DNA from: Octopus sinensis | Taxonomy: Eukaryota | Direction of reading: 5' to 3' | DNA: 64,000 bases | Assembly (NCBI RefSeq): GCF_006345805.1 | Contig: NC_043003.1 | Span: 56,358,001 to 56,422,000, forward strand | Part shown: positions 39,845 through 52,886 of the stretch, piece by piece | Layout: every line of letters starts with the position of its first letter | Numbering within the stretch: position 1 is the stretch's first letter | Translations under genes and position numbers: made by a program | The notes under the pieces: generated by a model | What the model was told of the DNA's origin: nothing | The model's input: the letters and a program-made list of their open reading frames with translations, nothing else | Databases searched by the model: none

Positions 39845-40210
39845 GCTCTTGTTCTTGACTCATTTACTGCAGGCATGCTGGGTCACCGCCTGAAAGTGTT
39901 TTATTCGCAAATATCAACCACACTCCTTACACATTTCTTATTCTATTGGTTGCGGCATAGATATGGGGACATAAAGAAACCAAAATCAGTTGTCAAACGT
40001 TGGGCGGAGAAGAAATATAGGCACAATGACATGAGAATACACTTATATATAGGATGGGCTTCCACTCATTTCTGCTAACCAGCTTCACTCACATTGACCA
40101 GCCCGGACTTACAGTAGAAGAGTTTCGTTCAGGTGCTGTGCAGCGGAACCGAATCCGTAACCGCGTGACTACAAAGCGAACTGCGTAACTACAGAGCAAT
40201 ACCTACGCAT
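39845..40210 (-). mobile_element. Highly diverged CORE-like SINE
   Basis: Contains CATGCTGGGTCACCGCC, GGGGACATAAA and CAGTTGTCAA in the expected order. Confidence 0.65.
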
Positions 40211-41090
40211 ATAAAAAACAGAAACAATATCAACACCAATAAACAATTTATTATTTTACAGTCCTGGACATTGTATGAAAACAAGATTGGATATCGTAGA
40301 CAATAAAACCGAAAATCATTATGCGATGGTCATTGTTTCAAAGCTTTGATCTTTGGTCTGTTTAATCATCGTAATGCTGACCGGGAGATAAATATTATCG
40401 AAAATAGCCACAATAACAAAAACAATAACTTCATCACTGCCAACACTAAAGCCTTGCAATAAACACGTGCAACTGAGCTGACTGGATCTTTCGGCCCCCG
40501 TGTGTCTAGGACCATGGACAAGGCACTATGCCAATGAGATTTCATGAACCATCCAGACCAACTTCCGCCCGCTTCCTGGCTGGATGTCTGCAATTCTATC
40601 GATTCCTTCTAGCGTGACTCCTACAACGCCACCGATGGGATACAATCACACCACTGTTCAATAAATGGATTAAATAGTAACTCTTCATATCATTCAGCCA
40701 TTGTGATTCCCTATAGCGATAACATCTTGTAACAGAGGTCCAATGATAAATCTCATATTGCTATGGCATGAGATAGCTAAATATTTTATATTTCACCTTT
40801 TCAATTGATGACGTCAAAATGTCCATCTGTTCATTTATTCATGTTGGCTATCAGCCAACTTGCAACAGTTTACTGAACCTTACAACACACAAACACACAC
40901 ACAAACACACACACACACACACACACATTCGTATGCAGACACACACATACCAAAGCTTCCACTCACGCATTCATATATATGTGCATGTATTTTTGTGCAT
41001 ATAGGAATGTAGGTGTGCCTATAGGTATATATATATATATATATCCCTCTCCATCCCTTTCACTCTCTCTCTCTATTCCTTCACACACAC

Positions 41091-41148
<58 letters not shown>

Positions 41149-41393
41149 TATGTGTGTGCATATATGTTTGTGGCGTGGTGTTGTGTATATGCTTGCATAT
41201 ATATGGGTGCGTATCTTTTGTATATATATATGTGAGCATATATCTGTGTGCGTCTATGTGGTTCTTAAAGCGTGTAGAGTTTTAAGATAGACAGGATAGA
41301 GAGGGAAGGAGTAAATGAGAGAGAAATAGCGAGATATATAAATAGATAAATGGAGAGTTAGAGAGAGAGAGCAAGAGAGAGAGAGAGAGAGAG

Positions 41394-41446
<53 letters not shown>

Positions 41447-42481
41447 GGGGGGCTCTGACGCAGTCTGCAGAACACTGTCCTTGACATGTATGGCATAAAA
41501 TCAGATAGTGCTGTTAAGATATTTTGATAAAGAGAATGATCTCAAGATTAATATACTACATTTACTAGTTGACAAAGGCGCTTTCAAAATGCCGCTTTCT
41601 GTGCTAGAAATAACAAGCTAATCGCCCTCAAATCTCAAACCATTGTGAAAGGGAAAGGCATAATGAAGTATTAAGTAACATTAAATATATAATGGCCGCA
41701 ATCGTCATCAGCTTTGATCACTGGTTAACTCAATCGGGGTTGACCTGAAGGATATAAAACAACGATAACTATTGTTTATTTAAGTAAAAATATATAATTT
41801 TCTCTGCGAGCAACATTTGTAATAAATTGGAATTATTTCGCAGTCCGGTGTGAAGGCGTACGGAGATAAAATTAGTATTTTATAATCTCTATATCGTAGT
41901 TTCAATTCCCAACTACGGCATAAAGTGCTGTTCTTTTATTTCGTGAAAGAATTCCAGTTTATCTTCTTTTTAATGTCTCACCCTATATCTCTCTTCAGAT
42001 GTATTCCTGCCTTACACATGTTTTTGCTTGCATAGTGTAACAAGCAGTATATTGTTCAATTTGGTCTCCCTTTTATCATGATGTGAGATATCGAAAAAAA
42101 TTGCCTTTAATTTTTACCGAGTCAGGGAAAGCATGCTTACTTTTTCTTTGATTGTCTGCGTTTGTGAGCGCGCGTGTATATGTTGTTATTTTGTAAGAGG
42201 ATTAAGACTGAGGAGCAGTGATAATGTCCATAATTTTTTCCTGGCAATCCGGTGGTATATGGAGATCAGGTGCTTGCAACAGATCAGACTTCGTTAAAGA
42301 GAACGGAGTGTTGAAATTTGAATCCCAAGACGGAATTTGGACACATAACTTAAAGACTAAAGCAAGGCATCCCGTTCGACACATTAATAACGACAGCAAT
42401 CTCTTACCGTTGAATAGTACTTTATCGACCCCGCGATGAAGAAAAGCAAAGATGTTTCAGCACCGAAATATCGCAGCTTGA

Positions 42482-42718
42482 TCTCAACAAATATATCCAA
42501 AGAAGGTCGCCAGCATTAATTGCCACGATATTGATCTATGTAACGTCACCTCGACAGTATCACTTGAAAAAACATTAGCCTCACTTTACCGCTACAATAT
42601 CACTGCCTCTCAGTCCCCGACGCCCGTCAACATGACATCTAAAATAACACCATCATGGAATCTCCTCAATGACATCACCAAAGTGCTATTGCTTTATTTA
42701 ATGTTCTGTAATATTTGA
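42482..42718 (+). CDS. Speculative terminal exon: CxxxDLCN motif, Ser/Thr stalk and hydrophobic tail (Ly6/three-finger, GPI-anchor-like)
   Basis: 78 open codons, ..INCHDIDLCNVTSTVS..NITASQSPTPVNMTSK..VLLLYLMFCNI*. Three N-glycosylation sequons. Acceptor sites at 42502 and 42513 are weak and no ATG lies upstream in frame. Confidence 0.25.
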   Translation, partial: SQQIYPKKVASINCHDIDLCNVTSTVSLEKTLASLYRYNITASQSPTPVNMTSKITPSWNLLNDITKVLLLYLMFCNI

Positions 42719-42734
42719 GTCATTTAAGAAACGT

Positions 42735-43110
42735 TAGCAAGACGGGAGAAATACTTAGCGGTATTTCGTCTGCCGTTACGTTCTGAGTTCAAATTCCGCC
42801 GAGGTCGACTTTGCCTTTCATCCTTTCGTGGTCGATAAATTAAGTACCAGTTACGCACTGGGGTCGATGTAATCGACCTAATCCGTTTGTCTGTCCTGGT
42901 TTGTCCTCTCTGTGTTTAGTCCCTTGTGGGTAGTAAAGAAATAGGAATTTCGTTTTCGTTTGTCTTTACGTTCTCTGTTCAAATTACGCCGAGGTTGACT
43001 TTCCCTTTCGGGATCGATAAATTAATTACTAGTTGCGTAATGAGGTCGATTCAATCGAATGGCCCCCTCCCCCAAAATTTCGAACCTTTGCCTAGAGTAG
43101 AAAAGAATGT
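42735..43110 (+). mobile_element. Tandem dimer of Nin/Deu-like SINEs
   Basis: First unit has a well-preserved GAGGTCGACTTTGCCTTTCATCCTTTCGTGGTCGATAAATTAAGTACCAG. A second unit follows directly. Confidence 0.88.
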
Positions 43111-44669
43111 TCCTATCATTTTAACCATTAAATACTTCCATTAATTGTTTGTTTTCATCTTTCATGAAATCCAATGTCGAATTTATAGCCAAGTTTTAGG
43201 GAACTTATTCAGTGAGCAAGTTTCAATGCCGTATTAAAATTAAGGTACCATTCACTTCAAAACATTATTCTTGCTCAATGCAAGGTCGGCAGTTCTAATC
43301 ACTGTTCCTTTCTTATCAACTGACCCTATCAGATGCTATAGTTTAAGGACTCGAATACCGTAGAAGAAGATGAAGCTTGTAAATTATATTGATGTTAATG
43401 ACACACAACATCAAATTATGAACCGACCAAAGATAATGGGATTTTGTACAGATTCCTGGTGCCGCGTAGTGAAACAGAATTGACGGAATAAATAGATAAG
43501 TCCTCTATCATTCTGTGTTCACCTAAAACAAATTAGAAATTTATAATACAAATTTTGATTAGGTGTCCTTCACCAGAGAGAAGGAAGACAACCAAATCTT
43601 GAACTTTGGTATAATTTTTGGTTGTTGTTGTAGTTCCTGTGGCATCACCCCATCCACTTGAAACAATAATATTCAACAAGCCAATGAAAGAGGGTTTCTG
43701 CAATGGTTCGAACGCCTACAGCTATCAATCAAATTTCATTCAAGACATCTTTTGCACACATTAAAGGAGTAGTGACTAATTTATTCAATGATGACAGGAT
43801 CAACGCAGGAATATATTTTTATCATAGATTTAAACGACTAAAGCTTGTCTGTTGACTGAGGAGATGTATCAACATCGTGTCATCACTTAGGATATGATAT
43901 AAGTAATACAAACAAATTTTAATCAAAATTAATAGTTCAGTATACTAAATTGGTGTTTATGGCTTTGTACCTATGAAAGAAATGAACATAATTTAGGGAA
44001 ATTTCTTTGTTTATTATCCTCATAATTCATAATAGTGAAAATGTCATCTATTCACGTAGTGTCGAGGTCAAGATGCTTTAGTTGAATATGTCGTGTTTAG
44101 TAACAAAATTGTGGTGTGTCTGATAGAATCCGTTAGAAATGTGGCGTGAAATATACGTTGCTTAGCACACTAATGATGAATAAGAATGAATAAAGTGGAA
44201 ACAAAATAGCCAAAGGTCACTTGTCGACGGTAATCTTGATTTAAGATTTGAAATCCTATAAAATATCGCAGAATACACAAGAGACAATACACATAAATAT
44301 ACGTATACATTGAGACACACATATACCTGCTTGAATGTAGTTGCACACACAGAAGTACAGCTAAATAATAATCTGTGGTGACAGAGAACCGAGTATAACT
44401 AAGTTGTTAACTGCGCAAAACCACGATGCGTTCGATTCGATCGTGCTTCGTGGTACAAGTGATAACTATTTTCTTCGAGAGTGTCTGATAAAAGAATGAT
44501 TCTTAGTATAATTTAGTTGACGGAAACTGGTGACAAACACATTCACGCACCGGCATACACACACGCACACGCAGAAATACATATATGAAAACTAGATAAT
44601 TGGGTATATCTTTAATTCCATGTTACACGCAATACATTACGATACAGGAGACATAGAGTGAATGTAAAT

Positions 44670-44888
44670 ATTGGTTTCAAATTCTGGCACAAGGCCAGCA
44701 ATTTCGGAGGACGGTGTATGCTGCTTACATAGAAGCCAGTGAGTAACTAATAATTATTTTATCGATCCTGAAGGAGTAAAATGCAAAATTAACTTCGACA
44801 GAATTTAAACTAATGCTATACACACGGATGAACTGCCGCGAAGCATTTTTGTCCGGAGTGATAGCGATTCTGACAGCTAAGCGCCTTA
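44670..44888 (-). mobile_element. Nin/Deu-like SINE, diverged
   Basis: Runs from TTGGTTTCAAATTCTGGCACAAGGCCAGCAATTTC to GATTCTGACAGCTAAGCGCC. Confidence 0.7.
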
Positions 44889-45216
44889 TTGTGAATGTTC
44901 TAAATATTAACATTAGTAACATTACTATTACAAATGTGCCAAATTCTATATGAATAGGTATATTCATATAGAGAAAACTCGTATAAGAACTCTTACCCGT
45001 ACTTCGTCAAACAAATTAAAAATTTCCCTGACTATTTACACTGCAAATATGATTCATCACAAGTTTCAACTAATATGTACACACACGTCCAAACACACAC
45101 ACAAACACACACACAACACAGACAAACAAACATACACACACCGCAACACACCACACTAACACATATTCTTTTATGTTTTATGTGTTTCAGCCCAATGGTT
45201 GTGACAATGGTTGTGA

Positions 45217-45545
45217 CATCATAAGCGGAAAGTGTAACCTCTCGAAAGAGCTGTTCTTCACTCCTGCTCCAGAGCGTCGGCTGCGGGGTCATTCCGAAAA
45301 GCTCTACCTGCGACGATTTCATCTCAATCGAAGGAGAGGAGCTTTCTCCGTCCGGGTTGCAGATCCGTGGAACAAGCTGCCAGACGAGATGGTGAAGATG
45401 CCGACGACCGCTTTGTTCAAAGCCTCCCTGGACCTCAAGTGGTCTGAACTCTTTACATGAACACCACCCTGTACTTAACTCCATGTCCCCCTACATGGCC
45501 TTGCTATTTGCTTTTGAGCCAAATTAACTAACTAACTAACTAACA
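45217..45545 (+). mobile_element. 5'-truncated CR1 LINE 3' end with a (TAAC)n tail
   Basis: Uninterrupted RLRGHSEKLYLRRFHLNRRRGAFSVRVADPWNKLPDEMVKMPTTALFKASLD, a short 3' UTR, then AACTAACTAACTAAC. Confidence 0.88.
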
Positions 45546-45926
45546 ATGCTGGTGCACCGCTGTTATTATCGCTTTTTCAGCGGTCATTCTTTTGGAATTG
45601 AATTTTGGGGAAAAACATTTGATATTGCTAACTTCTTTTGACTTATCTGTAGGTTAATCTGGGACCTTGGACAACAGACTCCAACATGCTTCTTGAAACC
45701 ATCTACCACGACTCCATGTATTTCTTTCAGCTGTGAACCTTTAAATTTCAAGCTAGTGCAGTAGCTGGTCCCAGCTCTAGGCGGGGCTGGATGGGTCGGA
45801 CGTTTGGAACAGTGCAGTTCGGCGTGTAATATATCCTTCGATGCCACAGTTGGGTGTTAAACCCTCCGGGGTCTTTCATATGTATATCACTACATTGCTC
45901 TCTCTCTCTTCTTAGCTTGGGGGAGG

Positions 45927-46124
45927 AAAGTCGCAACTCTTTCAGGCTGTCTCTGTAGCTCAGCTAGTGCAGCAGCGTTAATTTTACAGTGTCGGTTGAC
46001 TTCTATTGAGATCAGTAATCCAGACTGCTAAGGACAAATATCGTCCCGAGAACCGAGGGAATAAAGTCGCAACTCGTTCAGTCTCTCCCTGTAACTCAGC
46101 TAGTGTAGCAGCGCTAATTTTACA
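45927..46124. repeat. 62-bp direct repeat (45927-45988 and 46063-46124)
   Basis: AAAGTCGCAACTC..CAGCTAGTG(C/T)AGCAGCG(T/C)TAATTTTACA occurs twice with a 136-bp period. Confidence 0.85.
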
Positions 46125-46205
46125 TGGTTGATTTGCTCGACGAAAGGCAGTGCTCCAGCATGGCCGCAGTCAAATGACTGAAACAAGTAAAAGAGTAAAA
46201 GAGTA
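46125..46205 (+). mobile_element. 3' tail fragment of the CORE-like SINE
   Basis: GCTCCAGCATGGCCGCAGTCAAATGACTGAAACAAGTAAAAGAGTAAAAGAG. Confidence 0.9.
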
Positions 46206-46519
46206 TATCTGTGTGGATATGCATGTACGTATATATGTATGCATGGATGTATATATATATGTGTGTCTTCACATCGTGTTTGTAACCTGCCAGAGCTTTA
46301 CAACTGGTGCTGGTTTCTTTACGACCCCCCAAAATTATCAATTCACCACATGTAACTGATATAATGGATACCAGTCTTAAGAAAATATGCTCGACTAAAC
46401 ATGTCGAGGCGCTCCTTTAGCATAGGCGCCATCCAATGACTAAAACAAGGAAAAGATGAAAAAAAATTATAATATATCATATCAATATATTGACCTTAGT
46501 GTATATGCTATGAAAGCAT

Positions 46520-46705
46520 GTATGTATGTATATATGTATGTATGTATGTATGCATGTATGTATGTATGCATGTATGTATGTATGTATGTATGTATGTATG
46601 TATGTATGTATGTATGTATGTATGTATATCTGTATGTATGTATGTATGTATGTATGTATATCTGTATGTATGTATGTATGTATGTATGTATGTATGTATG
46701 TATGT
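46520..46705. repeat. (TATG)n microsatellite
   Basis: Direct reading of the sequence. Confidence 0.95.
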
Positions 46706-47480
46706 CATTGTTCAGTACTATTTCAAGATCTTTTGCCAATAGAGAAAGAGCTGGTTTCTAACCTAGAGCCAAGGCTCCTTCATAGGAATTTCAACTTCAA
46801 CAGAGGAATTTTGTATGTTTGTATATATGTATATGCGCAGATTTGTGCGTTTTGTTTTATGTATGTATTTGTTTTATGTGTGCATATAGCTGCATATCTA
46901 GACTTGCGCATATATGCTTAAATGATAAATTTCTGAAAAGTTTTAGCGATTTTTACAGTTCCAGCGATGGATTGGATATGTCATCGAATCAGCGCTTTCC
47001 TTTCTGATTTTGAGAAGCCTAATTTCTCAACATTGGCATTTAGGCAATGATTGTATATGGTATGTGAGTAAGTATTTAAGCATAAATAACGTGTGGCTAT
47101 TTTAATGGAATCCTACAGAGGATATTTCGTTTGTATAAGTGAAATACTCTTCTATAGACATACATGTGCTCTGTGTGTGTATGTGTGTGTATGCGCGAGT
47201 GTGTATGTGTACGTGCGGATTTTTGTGCGTGTGTGTGAGAGTGTGAGTGCCTCTGTGTGTGTTTTTGGGGGCGTGTATGACTGCACTTGTGGTTGAGTAA
47301 CGTTAATAATTTGCAGTTGAAGAATTCTATCAGAATATTTGTTTGCTTTGTCGCCACGGCTGATATTTGCCTGTTATCAAATACGATATCAACGAAAGTG
47401 TAAAAATATTATCTACTTCAAAAACAAAACAAAAAAAATTATATCGTATTGATATAAGTACACTAAATTTTAAATATGGA

Positions 47481-47513
<33 letters not shown>

Positions 47514-47514
47514 C

Positions 47515-47559
<45 letters not shown>

Positions 47560-47576
47560 ATATCTATATCTATATA

Positions 47577-47619
<43 letters not shown>

Positions 47620-47642
47620 GGTACACATACATATGTAAATAC

Positions 47643-47690
<48 letters not shown>

Positions 47691-47861
47691 GTATAATTTT
47701 ATATATACATATATATATACTCATAAATATAATGTATGCATATATATAAACATATATAAACACATATATACCTATTTATACATATATATATATATATATG
47801 TATATATATATGTAAATAAATGTGTGTGTGTATATATATATAGAGAGAGAGAGAAAGAGAG

Positions 47862-47938
<77 letters not shown>
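47481..47938. repeat. (TATC)n and (GATA)n microsatellites flanking TA-rich tracts
   Basis: (TATC)n at 47481-47560 and its complement (GATA)n at 47862-47938. Confidence 0.9.
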
Positions 47939-48716
47939 TCAAGCTATTAAGATAATAAATTTCGCTTAGAATGAGTTTTCTGTAAGTATAAAAAACATAC
48001 ATCAAATGGACTTAGACAAATTGTAAAGAAAGACGCCCACTGACTATTTTATAATTTCTTCTGTGAGTAAATACGAGGAACGGGAATCAATAAAGATTTA
48101 AGACATTTAAGGAAAAGAACAGGAAATGCTTGGTCTTTATTACTTTTTTTATTGATGACGTTGTTGTTGTTGTTGTTATTGGTGGCGGTTGTGGTGATAC
48201 TATCATTTGGACTCAGAGCACCATTGCACAAGTTAAGATGTGATTAAAAGTGATCCAACACCAATGAATATACTGTAGGCTTCTATGTCAGAGTGCACGG
48301 TACTACAAAGTACAATGAAAATTTTCGAGGTTATTTTTGTCTTTGGTGCAGAATGGGGATGGTTATCTTTTATTTTTATTGTTGGCAATTTGTGCTACCG
48401 AAGTTGAAAACTCAAAGGAGAATCTTTTGTGTAGATTGAAATCCCGAGGGTAAAATCTTTCAAGTTTGAAAAATTAATTCTCTTTAGAATTATTGACAAA
48501 GTGTGAGCGAAATATATTTTTTGTAGCGTTCATTTTTGAGGTTGCTATTAATAAAATAATATAAGTATTTTAATATTTCGCAATAACATATGCACATAGG
48601 ACTAATTCTTTCCTTAAAATTTTTAAGGTAACTGGGAATTGGGAACTTGTAAAAGGGAGAAATTTTTTTTAAATATCGTTTTTTTCTGGATAATGAAGTT
48701 ATCGATGTTTTCGCAG

Positions 48717-48797
48717 GCCCAAAGTTACAACGAGGACCAGCGAGATAAATATTTGTCTTGGCTATTGTCGAAATGTTTACATGAAAGCAAAAGAATA
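48717..48797 (+). other. Candidate 81-nt exon
   Basis: TTTTCGCAG acceptor and ATA|GTAAGG donor. Two frames are open. Unverified. Confidence 0.2.
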
Positions 48798-49119
48798 GTA
48801 AGGTATAAGAAACAATAGTTGTGATAGTGAAGATGGGTTTTGAAAGCATTTGACCGTTATTTCCAAAAGGCCGATTAACTTTGTACGAGATTTCTTCCTT
48901 CGTTCGTAAGATAGAAATTTTTTGGTCCAGAAATACCTTGACCACTGCGAGGGATTCCATCTTTCAGAATATCACCTAGTTGTAGACATACAACATGAGT
49001 TAAGAGATTATATACACAGACAAGACAGTAGTAAATTGACAGCTTTGTAATCGTTAGAATTCGTTTAAATCTGTAATTTTACATTCCGATTATTTATTAA
49101 TTGTTAAAATGTGAATATT

Positions 49120-50130
49120 TAATATTTAATAGATATTTCCCTTGCATTTTGCAATGTAAGGCCCCTATTAGTCATTTTATTGATCAGATTACTAATATAA
49201 TCTTCAGAAATTTCTTGCCAAGTTTCATGCAGTAATTTCAAAATATCTGGCTTGGAAGATGCTTTCTTGTTCCTTTTATGAAGTGTCCTGTCCATTATGC
49301 CCCATAGGAGTTCATTACGTTTCATATCTGGTAACCGGCTTGAACATGGAGGCTTTTTAATGTCATTCTCATCCAAAACAAATTAAGGGATTTTGGCCGT
49401 ACGACAAGGATCTCTATCTTCCATAAATAAAGAGTCATCTTTATTCATTTCACCACTAGAGAAAATTAGGAGTCTTTTCTACAATATGGACAGATATTTA
49501 TCTGAGTTTATGTTTCTTTCACACTCCACCAGCTCTGATTGACCATTGCTCCAAATTGCTCCCCAGACCATCACAGAATAGTTGCGCTCATTGCAGAATA
49601 TCATAGTGCCCCAAAATGCTAGTGATCCCTCCTCCATCTCATTGGCTCAATCTTTTCTCCGCTTGATACTGGCTGGTCAAAGTAGTTGCTTCCTTCTTAC
49701 TGCTCGACCATAGTAACCAAGTATGTGGAGATACCTGACAGCTGTTCTGGGATTGACATCAACGTGCCATTTCAGAGGCCTTGCAATGTGGAATATCCTT
49801 CACACTTTTATTAACAAAGTGAAAGGTCCTGTCAGCAAGCACTGGTGGACTTCCTTTCCTCTCTGGTGAATCGCGCAATCACTCTATTAACTGTAAAAAG
49901 CGGGACACCAAGATTTTCTGCTATTTTACGTTAAGTCTACGTTCAGATTAATACACAGTATGGCCTCTTTAAAATTCAGACTGTTCCAAGGCTTCTTTTG
50001 CACATGACATGTTTAAACAATCACATATAGAACCTAAAACATAAAATGTCCTTTAATGAAAAATATAGATATTTATAAGTTAGAATAAACCCCCAAAAAA
50101 TCAATGTTTTATAGGGTGCTTATTCACTCC
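49120..50130 (-). mobile_element. Decayed Tc1 (DD34E-type) transposon
   Basis: Minus strand gives [19 protein letters not shown] and LWGIMDRTLHKRNKK..ETWQEISEDYISNLINKM..NAREISIKY. TIRs not clearly resolved. Confidence 0.75.
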
Positions 50131-50142
50131 TGTCATGCCTTT

Positions 50143-50196
<54 letters not shown>

Positions 50197-50232
50197 GTAT
50201 ATATATATATATGTCTATATATCTCTATATCT

Positions 50233-50298
<66 letters not shown>

Positions 50299-51329
50299 TA
50301 TTCTTTCAAGAAAAGTGTTTTTTACACAATTGCCTGAAAGGGCCCAGATTGAACCCGATGCGTTAGACATTATATAATATTGTTTAAGAAGAGACAAAAT
50401 TTGGAAAATCATATTTCAAAGAATTGAAAATCAAAAGATATAAAAATATTTCAATTAATTTACTAATATAATTTCAACTACTCTAGCCTCCTATACACAT
50501 ATTTTAAGGAATAATAACATTAATAACAGCATTAATAGCAAATGCCCTCCCCTATAATGCTATAATGAACAAATGTAATCTATGCATTCAGGAATCGTAC
50601 ATTATCCTTAGTTCATTTTTAATTCGGGTACATTAAGTAAATTCTCTGATACTATTCATTCATATACTCACAAATTCCACTCATCCTTCATGAAGCCCTC
50701 TAAGATGCGATATAGGGAATGAGCTATGTTTCTTCTTCTAATAGTAACTAACTGACGTACCCTAGAATTCCTGAGAAAGCGGGGATTATCCTTTGGTTCT
50801 GTTCTCATAATAGTTTCGCTAATCCAATAACAACAATACAGATTATGCAGCCATTAAAACATTTTTGTGCATTTACAGAGAATACCATACTGTCTTACAC
50901 AGGATCTTGTCATTAGGAATCCCCAATAAGTTATGAATACCCAAATTGTGAAGTCATTTATGTAATAACATGAAAGTACTTACACGATAGAAAGAATTTA
51001 AATAAAGTAGCCTCGAAAAGGGCTTTAATGCGTTCCTATTAAGGTATGTATACTAAAATCGTGAAGCACGTTACGTAAGAACAGGCTAATCAGATATGAG
51101 GTAATAAAAATTCAAAGTAAAAAAACTCTGAAAAGGCTTTTGTGCGTTCTCGGAGAATATTACCCTCAGGGGCGCTAGTGTAGGTATATTCGTGAATAAA
51201 TCGCTAACAGAAATAAGTGGATCAATTGTTTAGAAAAATACTATTTACTTCTTTAAGGATAAATTACGAAAATATCTTTGAGAGTTCAAATACTAAGAAA
51301 TAAGCAAATAATTTAGGAAAAATTAATGG

Positions 51330-51521
51330 GTTATTTTCCTTGGCTATATAGAAGGATCCTTTCCAGGGTCCCTATTATCGATTGTTTCAACAATCTGAGT
51401 ATGCCATGCGGTTCCTACTCATGTGTCAAGTTTCATCAAAATCAATAAAACTTGTAGGAGGAGTTAGCTAGCAACTTCGCAAACACACCCACAGATAGAA
51501 TTTCCCACTTATGTGGTAGAT
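51330..51521 (-). mobile_element. Helitron/HINE-like terminal fragment
   Basis: AAGTTTCATCAAAATC..AGGAGGAGTTAG..ACAGATAGAATTTCCCACTTATGTGGTAGAT resembles rolling-circle non-autonomous termini. The other end was not found. Confidence 0.45.
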
Positions 51522-52156
51522 TAATTATTACACAGAATTAAAAAAAAAAAATTCCCATCATGACTACCCCCCCCCCTAGAAAAATGAAAAACAAATGTTT
51601 TGGTATCCCATCATCCTACACTTACAATTTCTTTACATATATGAGCATAAATCATCGTAAAAGTGGTCGGTATCTGATACAGTAGCCGAAGGCCATCACA
51701 ATGTATACTTAAAATTCTGTTTCTCTTGTATTTCTTCGAACCTTGCTACTCATTTCCGTATTTCTTGATGAAGGGGACATTGTCAGTTTGAAATTAATGG
51801 ATTCATAAATTCTAGACAAATGGACTCCAGAAACGGCCGTCAAAGTGCATTTTTTATATGGTGCTATAATCCTCTATAAATATTTCTTTAGAACTCTTAA
51901 AACAAATGTATCCTTATTATTTCTCTGACTTTTAAATCCATCATTATCATCTCTCACTGCGGTCGATGTATCTTATAACTTTAATTATTAATTCAAACAT
52001 ATTTAAACCTCAATTTAATATGATTTTTAATCAATGTATCACTCGTTATTTATTTATCCTTTTCCCGTATGTTTTTACCTCATGTAATTCTTATTACTAT
52101 TCAAAATAGTATATTGTTATGTTCCTTCTCGAAATGTATTTATTGTGTTGTATGTA

Positions 52157-52296
52157 ATCATCATCATCATCGTCATCATCATCATCATCGTCATCATCGT
52201 CATCATCGTCATCATCTTCATCATCGTCGTCGTAGTCGTCGACGTCGTCATCATCGTCATCATCATCATCGTCATCATCATCATTATCATCATCAC

Positions 52297-52330
<34 letters not shown>

Positions 52331-52437
52331 GTCATCATCGTCATCATCGTCATCATCTTCATCATCGTCGTCGTCGTCGTCGACGTCGTCATCATCGTCA
52401 TCATCATCATCGTCATCATCATCATTATCATCATCAC

Positions 52438-52480
<43 letters not shown>

Positions 52481-52849
52481 GTCATCATCGTCATCATCGT
52501 CATCATAGTCGTCGACGTCGTCGACGTCGTCATCATCGTCATCATCCTCATCGTCATCATCATCATCATCATCATCATCTCATCATCATCATCCCCATCA
52601 TCATCATCGTCATCATCGTCATCATCGTCATCATCTTCATCATCGTCGTCGTCGTCGTCGACGTCGTCATCATCGTCATCATCATCATCGTCATCATCAT
52701 CATTATCATCATCACCATCATCATCATCATCATCATCATCATCATAATCATCATCATCATCATCATCGTCATCATCGTCATCATCGTCATCATCGTCATC
52801 ATAGTCGTCGACGTCGTCGACGTCGTCATCATCGTCATCATCCTCATCG

Positions 52850-52886
<37 letters not shown>

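Noticed and set aside
48157-48250. Signal-peptide-like MTLLLLLLLVAVVVILSFG mini-ORF
   Set aside because: The hydrophobic run comes from a (TTG)n repeat and the ORF is only ~30 codons.
48490-48960. 156-aa minus-strand ORF
   Set aside because: No recognisable motif and AT-driven composition (Ile/Lys/Phe-rich).
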